64,000 bases of DNA. Origin: an uncultured Bacilli bacterium. GTDB taxonomy: Bacteria; Bacillota_I; Bacilli_A; RF39; UBA660. The stretch spans positions 12,821-76,820 of the forward strand of contig CAKPIS010000004.1 of assembly GCA_934162425.1 (NCBI GenBank), given 5' to 3'. A program made the translations under genes and the position numbers. The notes beneath the pieces were generated by a model. That model searched no databases. It was not told the DNA's origin and was given only the letters and a program-made list of their open reading frames with translations. Below, piece by piece: positions 20,162-30,511 of this stretch (the first letter of the stretch is position 1; each line of letters opens with the position of its first letter).

Positions 20162-20845
20162 TTATTTTTGACATATCTCTATAAATTTCTCAAATATCCT
20201 ATTCATATTTTCGTCAGTTTTATATAGACTCTCTGGATGAAATTGGACAGCCATATAAAATTTTTTGGACTCATCTTCAACCACTTCTACTACTCCATCA
20301 TCTGAATAAGCAACACATTTTAAAATTGAACTATCTGCAGTATAAGCTTTATGTCTTGAATTTACCATTATTTCATCTTTACCTATTATTTTATATAATT
20401 TAGAATTTTTATCAATCTTTATTTTATGTACATATTTATCAAAACTTTTATGAGTTTCCTTATTATCAAATCTAAGTACTTTTCCCCCTACTGCACGAAC
20501 AATATTATTATTTCCTGCACAAATTCCTAATATTGGTATATTATTATCATAACAATATTTTGCAACAAAACATTCATATTCATCTGAAAATCCACCACCT
20601 TGCAATATAATTCCATTACATAAGTTTATTTGTTTTATTAAATCTTGTTTTTCTTTTAATGTAAGGTTATCTTTCCAATCGTTTTTTGCTTGTATTTTTT
20701 CGAAGTTAGGTGGTAATATTCCTATTGCAATTGCTTCATTATCAAATATTGCTTGCTTCACTTCATCTCTTATATATGTATCTGTAAAATGATTACATTC
20801 TTTATTATAATGTTTACTTACTATTCCAATTATTACTTTATTCAT
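20162..20845 (-). CDS. Class I glutamine amidotransferase-like / peptidase C26 (gamma-glutamyl hydrolase family)
   Basis: Cys nucleophile ILGICAG and His motif VQFHPE. Confidence 0.7.
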   Translation of the reverse strand: MNKVIIGIVSKHYNKECNHFTDTYIRDEVKQAIFDNEAIAIGILPPNFEKIQAKNDWKDNLTLKEKQDLIKQINLCNGIILQGGGFSDEYECFVAKYCYDNNIPILGICAGNNNIVRAVGGKVLRFDNKETHKSFDKYVHKIKIDKNSKLYKIIGKDEIMVNSRHKAYTADSSILKCVAYSDDGVVEVVEDESKKFYMAVQFHPESLYKTDENMNRIFEKFIEICQK

Positions 20846-20916
20846 CTATCTTACCCTCTCTTAATGAATACTCATATTGTTCATTATACCATATAATTCA
20901 TAGTGCTACCCCCCCA

Positions 20917-21504
20917 CTAAATATATTTTTCTATTTCACCCATAATATTATTTAAAGTTTCTATTCTATTTTTTGATGTATCATAGTATTTAATTCCATA
21001 TTTAGGGCATTCTTTTTTTAGCATTTCATTTGCAGCATACCAATCAATAGCATGTTTTTTTAGATATTCTCTTGATAATCCAAATGTCCAATCTTTTTCA
21101 ATATCGTGTTCAATACAAAGTTCTACAATTTCATCTACATTTAAATTACCAAGTCCAAGACATACAACAATAGTTTGTTCAAAATCAATCATTTCTTCAA
21201 CTATTTTGGGATGTAATTGCCCACTTTCTAATATATATCCATAATGATTTTCATCTTTTGAAATAGAAGAATTAAAAAATTCTAATAATGTTTTTTGAAA
21301 ATATTCTCCATGTTCAAACTCTTTTTGTTTATCAACATTGGTTCTGTAATATTTTTCTTTGTCTTCTGCTCTAATCATTGCCCACTTTAAGGAATCACTA
21401 TGCACTAAGCTATAATTATTGTATTTAGCTTTTAACATCTTGCTTAATGTAGTTTTTCCTGCTCTGCCTATTCCCATTATTAAGATATTTTTCATATTCT
21501 TCAT
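20917..21504 (-). CDS. P-loop kinase-like protein (AAA_33 / small-molecule kinase fold)
   Basis: Walker A GIGRAGKTT. Size about 190 aa. Confidence 0.5.
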   Translation of the reverse strand: MKNMKNILIMGIGRAGKTTLSKMLKAKYNNYSLVHSDSLKWAMIRAEDKEKYYRTNVDKQKEFEHGEYFQKTLLEFFNSSISKDENHYGYILESGQLHPKIVEEMIDFEQTIVVCLGLGNLNVDEIVELCIEHDIEKDWTFGLSREYLKKHAIDWYAANEMLKKECPKYGIKYYDTSKNRIETLNNIMGEIEKYI

Positions 21505-21507
21505 CTC

Positions 21508-22731
21508 CTAACTTTCTTGTATCATTCTATATAAATGTAAACTAATAAATATTTCAATAACTGATAAAATTATTAGGATTGTTATTACTACGATCATTGG
21601 ATTATTAACTAAAATTGCTGTAAAACTTAAGCTCATAATTGCTCTTACAATTTTTCTTGATAAATCTAACGTAGTAAGTAATGATTGTTGTTGTTCTTTT
21701 TCTGCTTTTTTAAGTGCTAAATCTTGCATATATACCTTAAAAGGATCTCTTATAAATAAAATTATAACATATCCCAAACTCATAATTAGTATTTTCAAAA
21801 TAATTGAGTATGTGATTAAATATCCTCCTACCATTAAGACAAGAGATAATGATAATAAGAATGGTAATAAACATCCTACTTTGTCTTTGTATTTTTTATG
21901 TATTTTATTAAATGAAATATTTGAAATTACTCTCACTATTCTTGATATGCACAATATTCCACCTATTATCAATGCAGTCTTTTCTACATCAAAATTTTTT
22001 AGTAATTCTTGTTGTATAAATAATTTACCATTTGATTGTCCAGAATTTACTATGGGATAAAAAAGTCCATAAGATATTATTATAAATATCATAATTTTTG
22101 AGTAACGTATTTTTTTAATTTGTCTTTCTTTTTTTTCATAAGATTTACCTTTCATACAATCATTATTTGAATAATCAATCATATTAAGAGATAACACAAA
22201 GCAGATAAAGCAAAATAATATGCAACCTATCATTGGTAGATAATTATTTATATTAAACATAATACTCGCAACAAATGATATTATCATTGTTACTACTGCA
22301 TAAATTGCATTAGCATTAGTTCTAAACTTTATATATTCATTCTCTATATTTTGTAATTCTAAATTGTTTTTTAATATTGCGTTTATCATATTTTGAAATG
22401 TGAAAGCAACTTCGTATAATATTTTTCCTATTACTATGATAATATAATTTGTACCAAATGTTAGTAAAATACTTGAGATTAAAAGTAATAATGATCCTAA
22501 TCTTACAGACTTTGTATTTCCTATCCTTTTGATTATACTAAGTAAAGGTACTTGGAGTAATATACAAGTTATCAATGATATGGATGTTAAAAATACAATT
22601 TGTGAAGCTGTAAATTTTTTTACTATTGTTAGAAATAATGTATCTATTGCAATCCAAAATAATAAATCCCCAGATAGTCCTGCAAACCACGGAAATAATT
22701 TATTAAATTTCTTTAAATTTTGTTCGTTCAT
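21508..22731 (-). CDS. Multi-TM transporter, MFS-like
   Basis: 407 aa with about 12 hydrophobic segments. Confidence 0.5.
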   Translation of the reverse strand: MNEQNLKKFNKLFPWFAGLSGDLLFWIAIDTLFLTIVKKFTASQIVFLTSISLITCILLQVPLLSIIKRIGNTKSVRLGSLLLLISSILLTFGTNYIIIVIGKILYEVAFTFQNMINAILKNNLELQNIENEYIKFRTNANAIYAVVTMIISFVASIMFNINNYLPMIGCILFCFICFVLSLNMIDYSNNDCMKGKSYEKKERQIKKIRYSKIMIFIIISYGLFYPIVNSGQSNGKLFIQQELLKNFDVEKTALIIGGILCISRIVRVISNISFNKIHKKYKDKVGCLLPFLLSLSLVLMVGGYLITYSIILKILIMSLGYVIILFIRDPFKVYMQDLALKKAEKEQQQSLLTTLDLSRKIVRAIMSLSFTAILVNNPMIVVITILIILSVIEIFISLHLYRMIQES

Positions 22732-22968
22732 ATCTATACTCCATATCCTTCCTACTTTAAAATTCCTAATCCTAAATAAAATTCTTTATAATTGTTCTTT
22801 TATTTTCTTTTTCAAATTCTTCTAAGAATGTTTTATTTAAATCTGCTATAACATTATAGGGATCTATCCCAATTTTCATATGGTAACTTCCAATACAAAA
22901 TGAAGTTTTAAACTTATAAAAATTATATTATCAACCACACTATTTACCTCATAAAATATATTAACACC

Positions 22969-24156
22969 TTATTTAGTTCCATAAGGATTAGTATGCTTAC
23001 AACTTTTCAGTGCTCTTACGCCAACATAATTTTGGTATGTCAAGAATGGTATACTTACTAAAAAAATTAGAGTATAATTAGTTCCAATAAGATAACCGGC
23101 AATCATGTAGGCCAATCCTCTGCCTATATATGATAGAATATGTTTATAATTTGCAAAGTGTAATTGTAAATGTTTTGGTATTTCGTTTGTTAGTGGTGCA
23201 TCTATTATTGGACTATAAAAATCACTTAGTATATCTATCCACAAAATTGCAATAAATGAAAAAATAGTATTCCTAGTTAGCCCTGCAATTAATAAAATAA
23301 ATATACTTGAAATATTTGACCATTTAAAAAACTTAATTCTATTTATTTTATCACTTTTAAAAGAAACTAATATGCCTAAACAATTGCAAAATATCTGAAA
23401 AACTGCCCAAAATATTCCAGCAACACTTTTATCTATTCCTAAGTTATCTGTAAGTATCACCATAAAAAAACCTAAAATTAAAAATAATTGTAACCTTCTA
23501 GAGCAAGAATATTTTATATAATCCTTTACGCTATCTATTTTAAGAACTTTCTTCATAATATTAGATTCATTTAAAACTATTTTTTCGTTTTTAACTTTAA
23601 ATAAGAGAAAAAAACAGGTTAAAAATAAGAAAATACAAATTATTATACAAATCTGATAAGAAGTAAAATTATGAAGTACTATACCTATGAAAATCCCAGC
23701 AACAATAGTACCTATATTACTTGCCAAATCATATAAGTTATCCTTTAATCCAAAAAACGCATTATTGATTTTAATTTGTGTTAATAATGGATACATCCAT
23801 TGAATTATAAGAGTGTCCACCAATAAATCAATACAACTTTGAAAAATCATAACATATTTATTACTAATTAATAACATACTAACAAAATTGACTAATCTTA
23901 TAATTAAAGCAATTTGAATAGACACTCTTATTCCATTTTTAATAACTTTGTTTCCAATTAATATAGAAAAAAAAGCAGCCATAATTAAGGCAATAAAAAA
24001 AATTATTCCTAAGCCTTCAATAGTTAATCCTTTTTCAATCAGCCATATTGGTTTAAAAACTTCCCATAATCCAAGGCTCAATCCTAATACTATATATACT
24101 ATATATATTGATAAATATTGTTTCTTTAATTCTACCATAACCTTCTTACACTCCAT
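22969..24156 (-). CDS. Multi-TM transporter, MFS-like
   Basis: 395 aa with about 12 hydrophobic segments. Confidence 0.5.
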   Translation of the reverse strand: MECKKVMVELKKQYLSIYIVYIVLGLSLGLWEVFKPIWLIEKGLTIEGLGIIFFIALIMAAFFSILIGNKVIKNGIRVSIQIALIIRLVNFVSMLLISNKYVMIFQSCIDLLVDTLIIQWMYPLLTQIKINNAFFGLKDNLYDLASNIGTIVAGIFIGIVLHNFTSYQICIIICIFLFLTCFFLLFKVKNEKIVLNESNIMKKVLKIDSVKDYIKYSCSRRLQLFLILGFFMVILTDNLGIDKSVAGIFWAVFQIFCNCLGILVSFKSDKINRIKFFKWSNISSIFILLIAGLTRNTIFSFIAILWIDILSDFYSPIIDAPLTNEIPKHLQLHFANYKHILSYIGRGLAYMIAGYLIGTNYTLIFLVSIPFLTYQNYVGVRALKSCKHTNPYGTK

Positions 24157-24295
24157 ATAAAAGTAATCTTTAATTCTAAACTATTATACTATAGAACATC
24201 AAAATTTTCTATACCCCATTAAATTTAATCATATTGCATATATAACATTTTTGTAAAGAGAATATTTTGGTTTGAAAGCTTATGCTTATTATTAG

Positions 24296-24390
24296 TCCTA
24301 TTTGAAATCAACTTACATACTTAATTGTTCGTAAGTTTTTATTTTATATAAATTAGTCATTATGAGAAAAATCCCAATCCTTTTTATATA
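24296..24390 (+). repeat. Repeat copy C of the tRNA-Gly trailer family, preceded by a partial tandem duplicate at 24270-24295
   Basis: TCCTATTTGAAATCAACTTACATACTTAATTGTTCGTAAGTTTTTATTTTATATAAATTAGTCAT. Upstream, TTTGAAAGCTTATGCTTATTA mimics the copy-D form. Confidence 0.6.
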
Positions 24391-25583
24391 TAATTTAATT
24401 TAGTATTTTTATTTAACCTAAATAATATAATTCTATATACTAAACTTCTACAATAAAAATCTACTAAATTTACTATTCCAAATATAAATAAAGAGATTTT
24501 ACTATTTATAAATAATAAACATATTAAAAATCTTATTATTACACCTATTGTAGAACCAATTAATAGGATAAATGATTTTCCTTGTGAAATGCATAGAGTT
24601 TTGTATGTTTCATATTGATAAAGTCCAAATACAGCAGTTGAATAAAATATGATATAAGGAAAACATTTATATAAAGGTAAACTACCATGAGATATAAATA
24701 GATATGCGAATGCAAAAATAAAATTTAACAAAATAATTAATGAAAAGCATTTGTTTTTCATCTTCATACAATTGTTATATTGTTCCTCATAAGTTTTACC
24801 ACTTGGAACTTTAATCATTAAAGTTGCTTGATATGCATTTGTAATAATTTCTAATGATAAGCATACTGAATAGCAAATAGTATGTATTGAATAATTTTCA
24901 GTTCCCATACGACTTGCTAAAACACCATATAGTAATAGAAATATTCTAGATAATACTCTTTCAGATGAGTATGCAAATCCATACTTAACTACGTTTTTTA
25001 ATGATTCTTTATCTGGATACTCAAATTTTAATTTTAAATTACATAACATATATATTATTGATATAATCCAAGAAACAATTGTTGCAATAAATAATAATAG
25101 CAGGTTTTTAGTTAATAAATAAGCAATCGCATCCAATCCAACTAAAGAAATATAATAAACTATTAGACTTTTTCTGTATAGCTTTAATTCACCTTTTAAC
25201 CTTATCATTTCAAAAATTGCATTTGCCAATCTTCCTATAACTATATATGCAACGTAAAAATTTAATAGTAAAGATAACATATCTTTTTGAATGTTTGTTA
25301 AGTCAAATATATTTACTATAATACTTTTACAACATAAAACAATTATTCCCATTAATAAACCAAATAAAATATTAAACCATAAATATTTCCATTCGTTTTT
25401 TCTAGTTGTTCTATATGTATAAGTACCAATTTCGCCAAAAGATTTAAAAATAGAATCAATCAATAAGAAACTACCTGTTACTACTATTGCATCAATACTT
25501 ATTAAATTGTTAAAAGCAGAGTCAATGCTATCAGCAATACTCATAAATATAAAACTTATTAAAATAGATATAAATTCTCCCAT
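24384..25583 (-). CDS. Polytopic membrane protein (MOP/MATE/Wzx-like?)
   Basis: 399 aa with about 12 TM segments. Family uncertain. Confidence 0.45.
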   Translation of the reverse strand: MGEFISILISFIFMSIADSIDSAFNNLISIDAIVVTGSFLLIDSIFKSFGEIGTYTYRTTRKNEWKYLWFNILFGLLMGIIVLCCKSIIVNIFDLTNIQKDMLSLLLNFYVAYIVIGRLANAIFEMIRLKGELKLYRKSLIVYYISLVGLDAIAYLLTKNLLLLFIATIVSWIISIIYMLCNLKLKFEYPDKESLKNVVKYGFAYSSERVLSRIFLLLYGVLASRMGTENYSIHTICYSVCLSLEIITNAYQATLMIKVPSGKTYEEQYNNCMKMKNKCFSLIILLNFIFAFAYLFISHGSLPLYKCFPYIIFYSTAVFGLYQYETYKTLCISQGKSFILLIGSTIGVIIRFLICLLFINSKISLFIFGIVNLVDFYCRSLVYRIILFRLNKNTKLNYI

Positions 25584-25718
25584 TACTTACCTCAATTTGT
25601 ATTATAATAAAATTATACTATATTTAGGCCTTTTTTTCTATGTTCTAATTGGAATTTAGCAAAAATTCACATATAATATTTTAGGAAGATAACATAGTTC
25701 ATAGCCTGTTGTTTATTA

Positions 25719-25810
25719 GTCTCATTTGAAATTAGCTTATGTACTTAATTGTTCGTAAGTTTTTAATTTATATAAATTGATCATCAAAAAAGAAAGACAA
25801 TGCCAACTAG
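25719..25810 (+). repeat. Repeat copy D of the tRNA-Gly trailer family
   Basis: TCTCATTTGAAATTAGCTTATGTACTTAATTGTTCGTAAGTTTTTAATTTATATAAATTGATCATCAAAAAAGAAAGACAATGCCAACTAGC. Confidence 0.6.
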
Positions 25811-25825
25811 CCCAGTCTTTAAACT

Positions 25826-27010
25826 TTACTTATCGTTTTTACTCATCTTTGATAAAAATATTCCCATCAGAATAATGCTAAATGTTAAAAATAACATTAA
25901 AACATTCAAATATTTTCCTGAATCAACTATGGATACTATTAATAATAATATATAACCTATAATTCTGCCTGAATTTAATACAAGTTCTCTTAATGACCAA
26001 AATTCCATTTGATTATTATTTTTTATCAACGGAATATTGGACAAATTAAATAGTCTAATATCAATAATAAAATTTAAAACGCCTACCAATGAACTATAAC
26101 AAAAATAATATAAACATAAGGCAACATTATTATTTAATATTAATAACAGAATTAAACTAACAACTGGAATAATTGTGCAAATAACAATCATATTTTTATC
26201 ATTTCTATTTTTATAATATTTGGTATATATATACTGAAATATTATAGTTAATAAACTAGAAATAGACGAAAAAATTCCCAAATTCAAATCAGTTTTAAAA
26301 GCATTAATTATCAATAATGTAATTAAAACTTTAAGAGCTCCATCTGCAATACTCATACCCTTAAAAAAATCTAATTTTATTATGTTTTTTACATCCTTAT
26401 TCTTTAATATTTTTTTTAACGAAAGAAAAGGAGTGAATTTTGTATTCTTGTACGTAGTAGGTTTTAATAAAAAAGATATAACTATTTGTATAATTGATAT
26501 TATTAATATAATTATAGCGGTCAACACAAAATTAGTGGTAGTTATTATCGTTCCTAAAACTATTGGAGTTAATATACCTACTATTGTAACAATTGTTTTT
26601 CTTTTAAATTCATATTGAGATCGTATATCATTACTTACTTTATCTGATAAAAATAAATTATATGGGTAAAAATATGTTATCATTGATGTACCATATAAAA
26701 ATGAAACAAGCGGTAAATAATTTAATATTTTCTCCTTTAATATAATAATTGTTAGTACATATACTGCATTTAATATTACTCCAATTCTAAACATGCCAAC
26801 TTGAAACTTATTTTTTATTATATATCCTAACATTAACCCAAAAAATCCTACACATAAAAAAACAAGAATATTATAAATGGATAAATCAACTAATGAATTC
26901 TTTGATATCTTAAAAAAATAGGCTGTTAAAAATGGACCTGAAAAAATAGTTATTATTTCTCTTAATACATTTGAAACTATTAATATATTTGCTTCTTTAT
27001 TTTTGACCAT
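25826..27010 (-). CDS. Multi-TM transporter, MFS-like
   Basis: 394 aa with about 12 TM segments. Confidence 0.5.
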   Translation of the reverse strand: MVKNKEANILIVSNVLREIITIFSGPFLTAYFFKISKNSLVDLSIYNILVFLCVGFFGLMLGYIIKNKFQVGMFRIGVILNAVYVLTIIILKEKILNYLPLVSFLYGTSMITYFYPYNLFLSDKVSNDIRSQYEFKRKTIVTIVGILTPIVLGTIITTTNFVLTAIIILIISIIQIVISFLLKPTTYKNTKFTPFLSLKKILKNKDVKNIIKLDFFKGMSIADGALKVLITLLIINAFKTDLNLGIFSSISSLLTIIFQYIYTKYYKNRNDKNMIVICTIIPVVSLILLLILNNNVALCLYYFCYSSLVGVLNFIIDIRLFNLSNIPLIKNNNQMEFWSLRELVLNSGRIIGYILLLIVSIVDSGKYLNVLMLFLTFSIILMGIFLSKMSKNDK

Positions 27011-27710
27011 TTAAAATCTCCTTTATTAAACTGGATACACTATTATATTCTTTAGTAGCGACTAATTTTAATTCTGATACTGAATCTTCCATACAGTAAC
27101 CATTAAATTCATGTACCATTTCTATATCACTATAACTATCACCAATGACATACGTATTAGCTTTATTAACATTATTACAAAATTTAATTAACCAATATAT
27201 AGCCTCAGCTTTATTTGTTTTATTAGAAATAATTTCAACAGAATTTGTATTCACATAATAAGCTTTAACATAATTTCCATATTTGTTGTTAATATAATTT
27301 GCTTTATCTAATGCGTACTCTTTTGAAATGTATTTTGCGTTTATTTTAGTTAAATTTTTGTGTTCAAATGTTACTCTGCTGTCAATTCCACTACAACAAA
27401 AATAATTTATACTTTCACTTAAATTTAAATCATTTTGTATTTGTGAAATAATCTCATTAGAAATACAAATATTAAATAAAACTTTATTATTTTTATCTAT
27501 AATGGTCGCTCCATGATTTAAAATAGCATAATTATAATTAAACTTATATATATCCAATTTATTATGAAAATCTAAATAACTTCTTCCAGTGGCAATAGCA
27601 AATAAATTACTTGAATTCATAAATTTATTTACATATATTTTATTATTTTCTATGTCATCGTCATTTAGATAAAATGTCTGATCGTAGTCACTTATTAATA
27701 ATTTTGTCAT
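26997..27710 (-). CDS. HAD-superfamily hydrolase, Cof-like (HAD-IIB)
   Basis: Motif I DYDQT (DxDxT) and motif IV GDSYSDIEM. Confidence 0.7.
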   Translation of the reverse strand: MTKLLISDYDQTFYLNDDDIENNKIYVNKFMNSSNLFAIATGRSYLDFHNKLDIYKFNYNYAILNHGATIIDKNNKVLFNICISNEIISQIQNDLNLSESINYFCCSGIDSRVTFEHKNLTKINAKYISKEYALDKANYINNKYGNYVKAYYVNTNSVEIISNKTNKAEAIYWLIKFCNNVNKANTYVIGDSYSDIEMVHEFNGYCMEDSVSELKLVATKEYNSVSSLIKEILNGQK

Positions 27711-27865
27711 AATCTTTCTCCTTTCCTTATTTTTATTAATTATACATTAAAATACAAAGTTTTTCTATACTCCCTTGAAAATATATAGAAAAATGATATA
27801 ATGAATTTATCAGAGAGACTTAATCAAATCTTATAGTCTTAATTTCGAATACGTGTATAGTTAAG

Positions 27866-27968
27866 GCTCCATTTGAAATCAGCTTACGGACTTAAAAGTT
27901 CGTAAGTTTTTATTTTTATATAAATTAGTCATCAAAAAAGAAAGACAATGCTAACTAGCACCTCTAAC
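27866..27968 (+). repeat. Repeat copy E of the tRNA-Gly trailer family. It is the copy most similar to copy A
   Basis: GGCTCCATTTGAAATCAGCTTACGGACTTAAAAGTTCGTAAGTTTTTATTTTTATATAAATTAGTCATCAAAAAAGAAAGACAATGCTAACTAGC. It shares the gctcca start with the tRNA 3' end. Confidence 0.6.
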
Positions 27969-28032
27969 TCCACGCTATTTTTTTATAGAACCCCTATTAT
28001 AAAATAAAAAGATAGAATTAACTATCTTTAAA

Positions 28033-28959
28033 TTAAAAACTACCTGAAGCTCCTCCTCCACCAAAGGAACCTCCTCCACCAGAAGAACGTCCTCCTCCAC
28101 TAGAAGAGCTTCCACCATCAAAGAAACTATCTGAAGTAGAACTAGAATTACTACTATTAAAACTAATCGAACCAGGTTTTATTACATATGCAAGTATAAA
28201 TGAAAATACATTAAAAGGTGATACTATCATTGCTATATTAATTAAATTTTTCAATAAAAAACAAATAAATAATGTATTAACAATTATAAAGTATAAAATT
28301 CCTATTATAACTTTAATAAATTTTTTCTTTTTTTTACTCATTAGCCTTAAAATTACACCTAAAATAAAACCTATTGTAATACCTACATAAATGTTTCCAA
28401 CAGCATTAAAAGAACTATTATTACTATTAGCTGGTGCATCATATGATAAATTTAAATTATTAGCATCAACTATTTCTTTATATATAGCATCATAACCATT
28501 TTTAATTCCATCATTCCAGTTATTATTTTTAAGATAAGGTATCATATAAGTATCCCTTATTCTACCAGCCTTACCATCTGTAATTATACCTTCTAACCCG
28601 TATCCTACTTCTATTCTTAACTTTCTATCTTCATATGATACTAAAATTAATATACCATCATTTTTGTCTTTACTTCCTATTTTAGCTTTACGAGCAAACT
28701 CTAAAGAATAATCTTCTATTGTTTTTCCTTCTAAGTTTTTTACGGTAGTAACAACTATTTGGATGCCAGATGCATTATTTAATGCTGTACTCTTATCTAT
28801 TATATATTTTTTAGTTTCACTATCTAATACATTAGCATAATCATTTACATAAAAATCACTAGTTGGATTTACAATAGCTTTTACGTTTGGAATAAACAAA
28901 AAAAAGAAAAGAATAAGTATTAAAATCTTAATCTTATTCAAATGTAACTTCTGGAACAT
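28033..28959 (-). CDS. TPM-domain protein (YgcG-like) with TM segment and Gly/Ser-rich tail
   Basis: Signal peptide, TPM-like region, TM segment, then a C-terminal GGGRSSGGGGSFGGGG tail. Paired with LemA. The start is uncertain (ATG 28959 or 29007) and overlaps the lemA 3' end. Confidence 0.6.
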   Translation of the reverse strand: MFQKLHLNKIKILILILFFFLFIPNVKAIVNPTSDFYVNDYANVLDSETKKYIIDKSTALNNASGIQIVVTTVKNLEGKTIEDYSLEFARKAKIGSKDKNDGILILVSYEDRKLRIEVGYGLEGIITDGKAGRIRDTYMIPYLKNNNWNDGIKNGYDAIYKEIVDANNLNLSYDAPANSNNSSFNAVGNIYVGITIGFILGVILRLMSKKKKKFIKVIIGILYFIIVNTLFICFLLKNLINIAMIVSPFNVFSFILAYVIKPGSISFNSSNSSSTSDSFFDGGSSSSGGGRSSGGGGSFGGGGASGSF

Positions 28960-29512
28960 TATTTGCACTCTCTTTAGCTTCAAAATAAGCTTTATTTTCA
29001 AAACCAAACATACTAGCTATTATATTCTTTGGAAAACTCTTTATAGTCTTATTATAATTTTTTACAGCCTCATTATAATCTCTACGTGCTACAGCAATTC
29101 TATTTTCAGTTCCTGCAAGTTCATCTTGTAAATTAATAAAATTTGTATTAGCTTTTAAATCTGGATAATTTTCAACAACTACTGCTAAAGCATTTAAAGC
29201 ATTTGTAAGTTCTTGATTAGCATTTGCCTTTTCTTCTATACTCTTTGAATTAATCAAATTCTCACGTGCTGTTGTAATATTATCTATTACCTTTTCTTCA
29301 TGACTAGCATAACCTTTTACAGTATTAACCAAGTTTGGTATTAAGTCAGCTCTTCTTTCTAGTTGAACAGATATGTCTGCATACTTTCCTTCAACTTCTT
29401 CTTGTTTGTTAACAAGTCCATTATATGTGCTAGCAAATATAATTACCATCAAAATAACTATTGCAGCTATCACAATTCCAATTATTGTACCTTTTTTCAT
29501 ACTTACCTCCAC
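28934..29512 (-). CDS. LemA family protein
   Basis: N-terminal TM segment and a LemA-like sequence (NKQEEVEGKYADISVQLERRADLIPNLV). Confidence 0.8.
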   Translation of the reverse strand: MEVSMKKGTIIGIVIAAIVILMVIIFASTYNGLVNKQEEVEGKYADISVQLERRADLIPNLVNTVKGYASHEEKVIDNITTARENLINSKSIEEKANANQELTNALNALAVVVENYPDLKANTNFINLQDELAGTENRIAVARRDYNEAVKNYNKTIKSFPKNIIASMFGFENKAYFEAKESANNVPEVTFE

Positions 29513-29595
29513 ATTTATCTTAACATACTAATATCTATATTACAACAAACATCTAGACATTTTACAAGGAGTTTACAAACTTTAAATTATACTTT

Positions 29596-30120
29596 TTATG
29601 TATTTCCACTTTCCTTTTTACTTTTTATAACTTTTTTTCTTCCTAGCCCTATAAATTTAGGATATTCTTTTGGATGCTTAAATACTTCAAGTGAATTTTT
29701 CTTATCCATTAAACTTACTACCCAACTTTCTTTATACTTAGGTGGTTTAATATTTAATGGAAACATATGTTTTACTATAATATCTTCTACCCTTTTATTC
29801 ATAAGCTGTGGAAATGTCTTTCTTGCATTTTCTAAAGCTTCCCTTGCATGAACAAAACCATGCATTTTTGTAAATTTCTTCTTTTGGGTGTTTTCTTGCC
29901 ATGGTTTATAATAAAAGTCATGTAATAATGCTCCAACTGATATATCTCTTACGTTTAAATGATGTTTTTTAGCAAATTTATATGAAGCGTAAGCAACTTC
30001 TAGGCTATGTTGATACACTGATTTATTTGGATGATGTAAATACTCTTTTCTCTTAATAAACTCTTCTGAATTTATTATATCTTTTACATATTCTAAGAAC
30101 TCCTCATCATATTTTTCCAT
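29596..30120 (-). CDS. HD-domain phosphohydrolase
   Basis: H..H...LLHD motif (LHHPNKSVYQHSLEVAY...ALLHDF). Confidence 0.6.
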   Translation of the reverse strand: MEKYDEEFLEYVKDIINSEEFIKRKEYLHHPNKSVYQHSLEVAYASYKFAKKHHLNVRDISVGALLHDFYYKPWQENTQKKKFTKMHGFVHAREALENARKTFPQLMNKRVEDIIVKHMFPLNIKPPKYKESWVVSLMDKKNSLEVFKHPKEYPKFIGLGRKKVIKSKKESGNT

Positions 30121-30217
30121 TTATTTATCTCCTTATTCTTTCTAATTATATCATTAATACTTAAAAATGCAATAAAAAAAACAAACTACTACAAATTACG
30201 ATATATATATAGTTTGT

Positions 30218-30499
30218 TTATTTTTGTTTAATTTTCTTTTCTATTTTTTCTAAGTTATCATATGTTTTTCCAACAAATTCTTCTAAATTAACTAACATAT
30301 CTGCATAAGCTTTTTTAATTAAATAATATTTTAATAATTCTTCATTATTTATATTATTAGTCAAAATAGAAAAGTCATCTTTAGCTATATCAAAATTATT
30401 TAAATTAACCATATAATCATCTCCTCTCAATTTAAAATATAATACATAAAAAAAATGGGCAATATCCATTCTACCACATTTTTTATCTTTGTCAAACAT
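30218..30499 (-). CDS. Small hypothetical protein
   Basis: 93-aa ORF tightly packed inside the operon. Confidence 0.35.
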   Translation of the reverse strand: MFDKDKKCGRMDIAHFFYVLYFKLRGDDYMVNLNNFDIAKDDFSILTNNINNEELLKYYLIKKAYADMLVNLEEFVGKTYDNLEKIEKKIKQK

Positions 30500-30511
30500 T
30501 TTTTGTCGAAA

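Noticed and set aside
22766-22870. 35-codon minus-strand ORF (MKIGIDPYNV...) in the 237-nt gap between the two MFS genes
   Set aside because: It has a weak RBS and no supporting features. It may be a gene remnant and is not called.
16288-28032. Searched the tRNA-Gly repeat array for an integrase, transposase or IS element, and for CRISPR repeats
   Set aside because: No recombinase-like ORF (no R-H-R-Y or serine recombinase motifs) and no regularly spaced short repeats were seen. The repeats are 1.4-5.4 kb apart, so this is not a CRISPR array or a recognisable intact mobile element.
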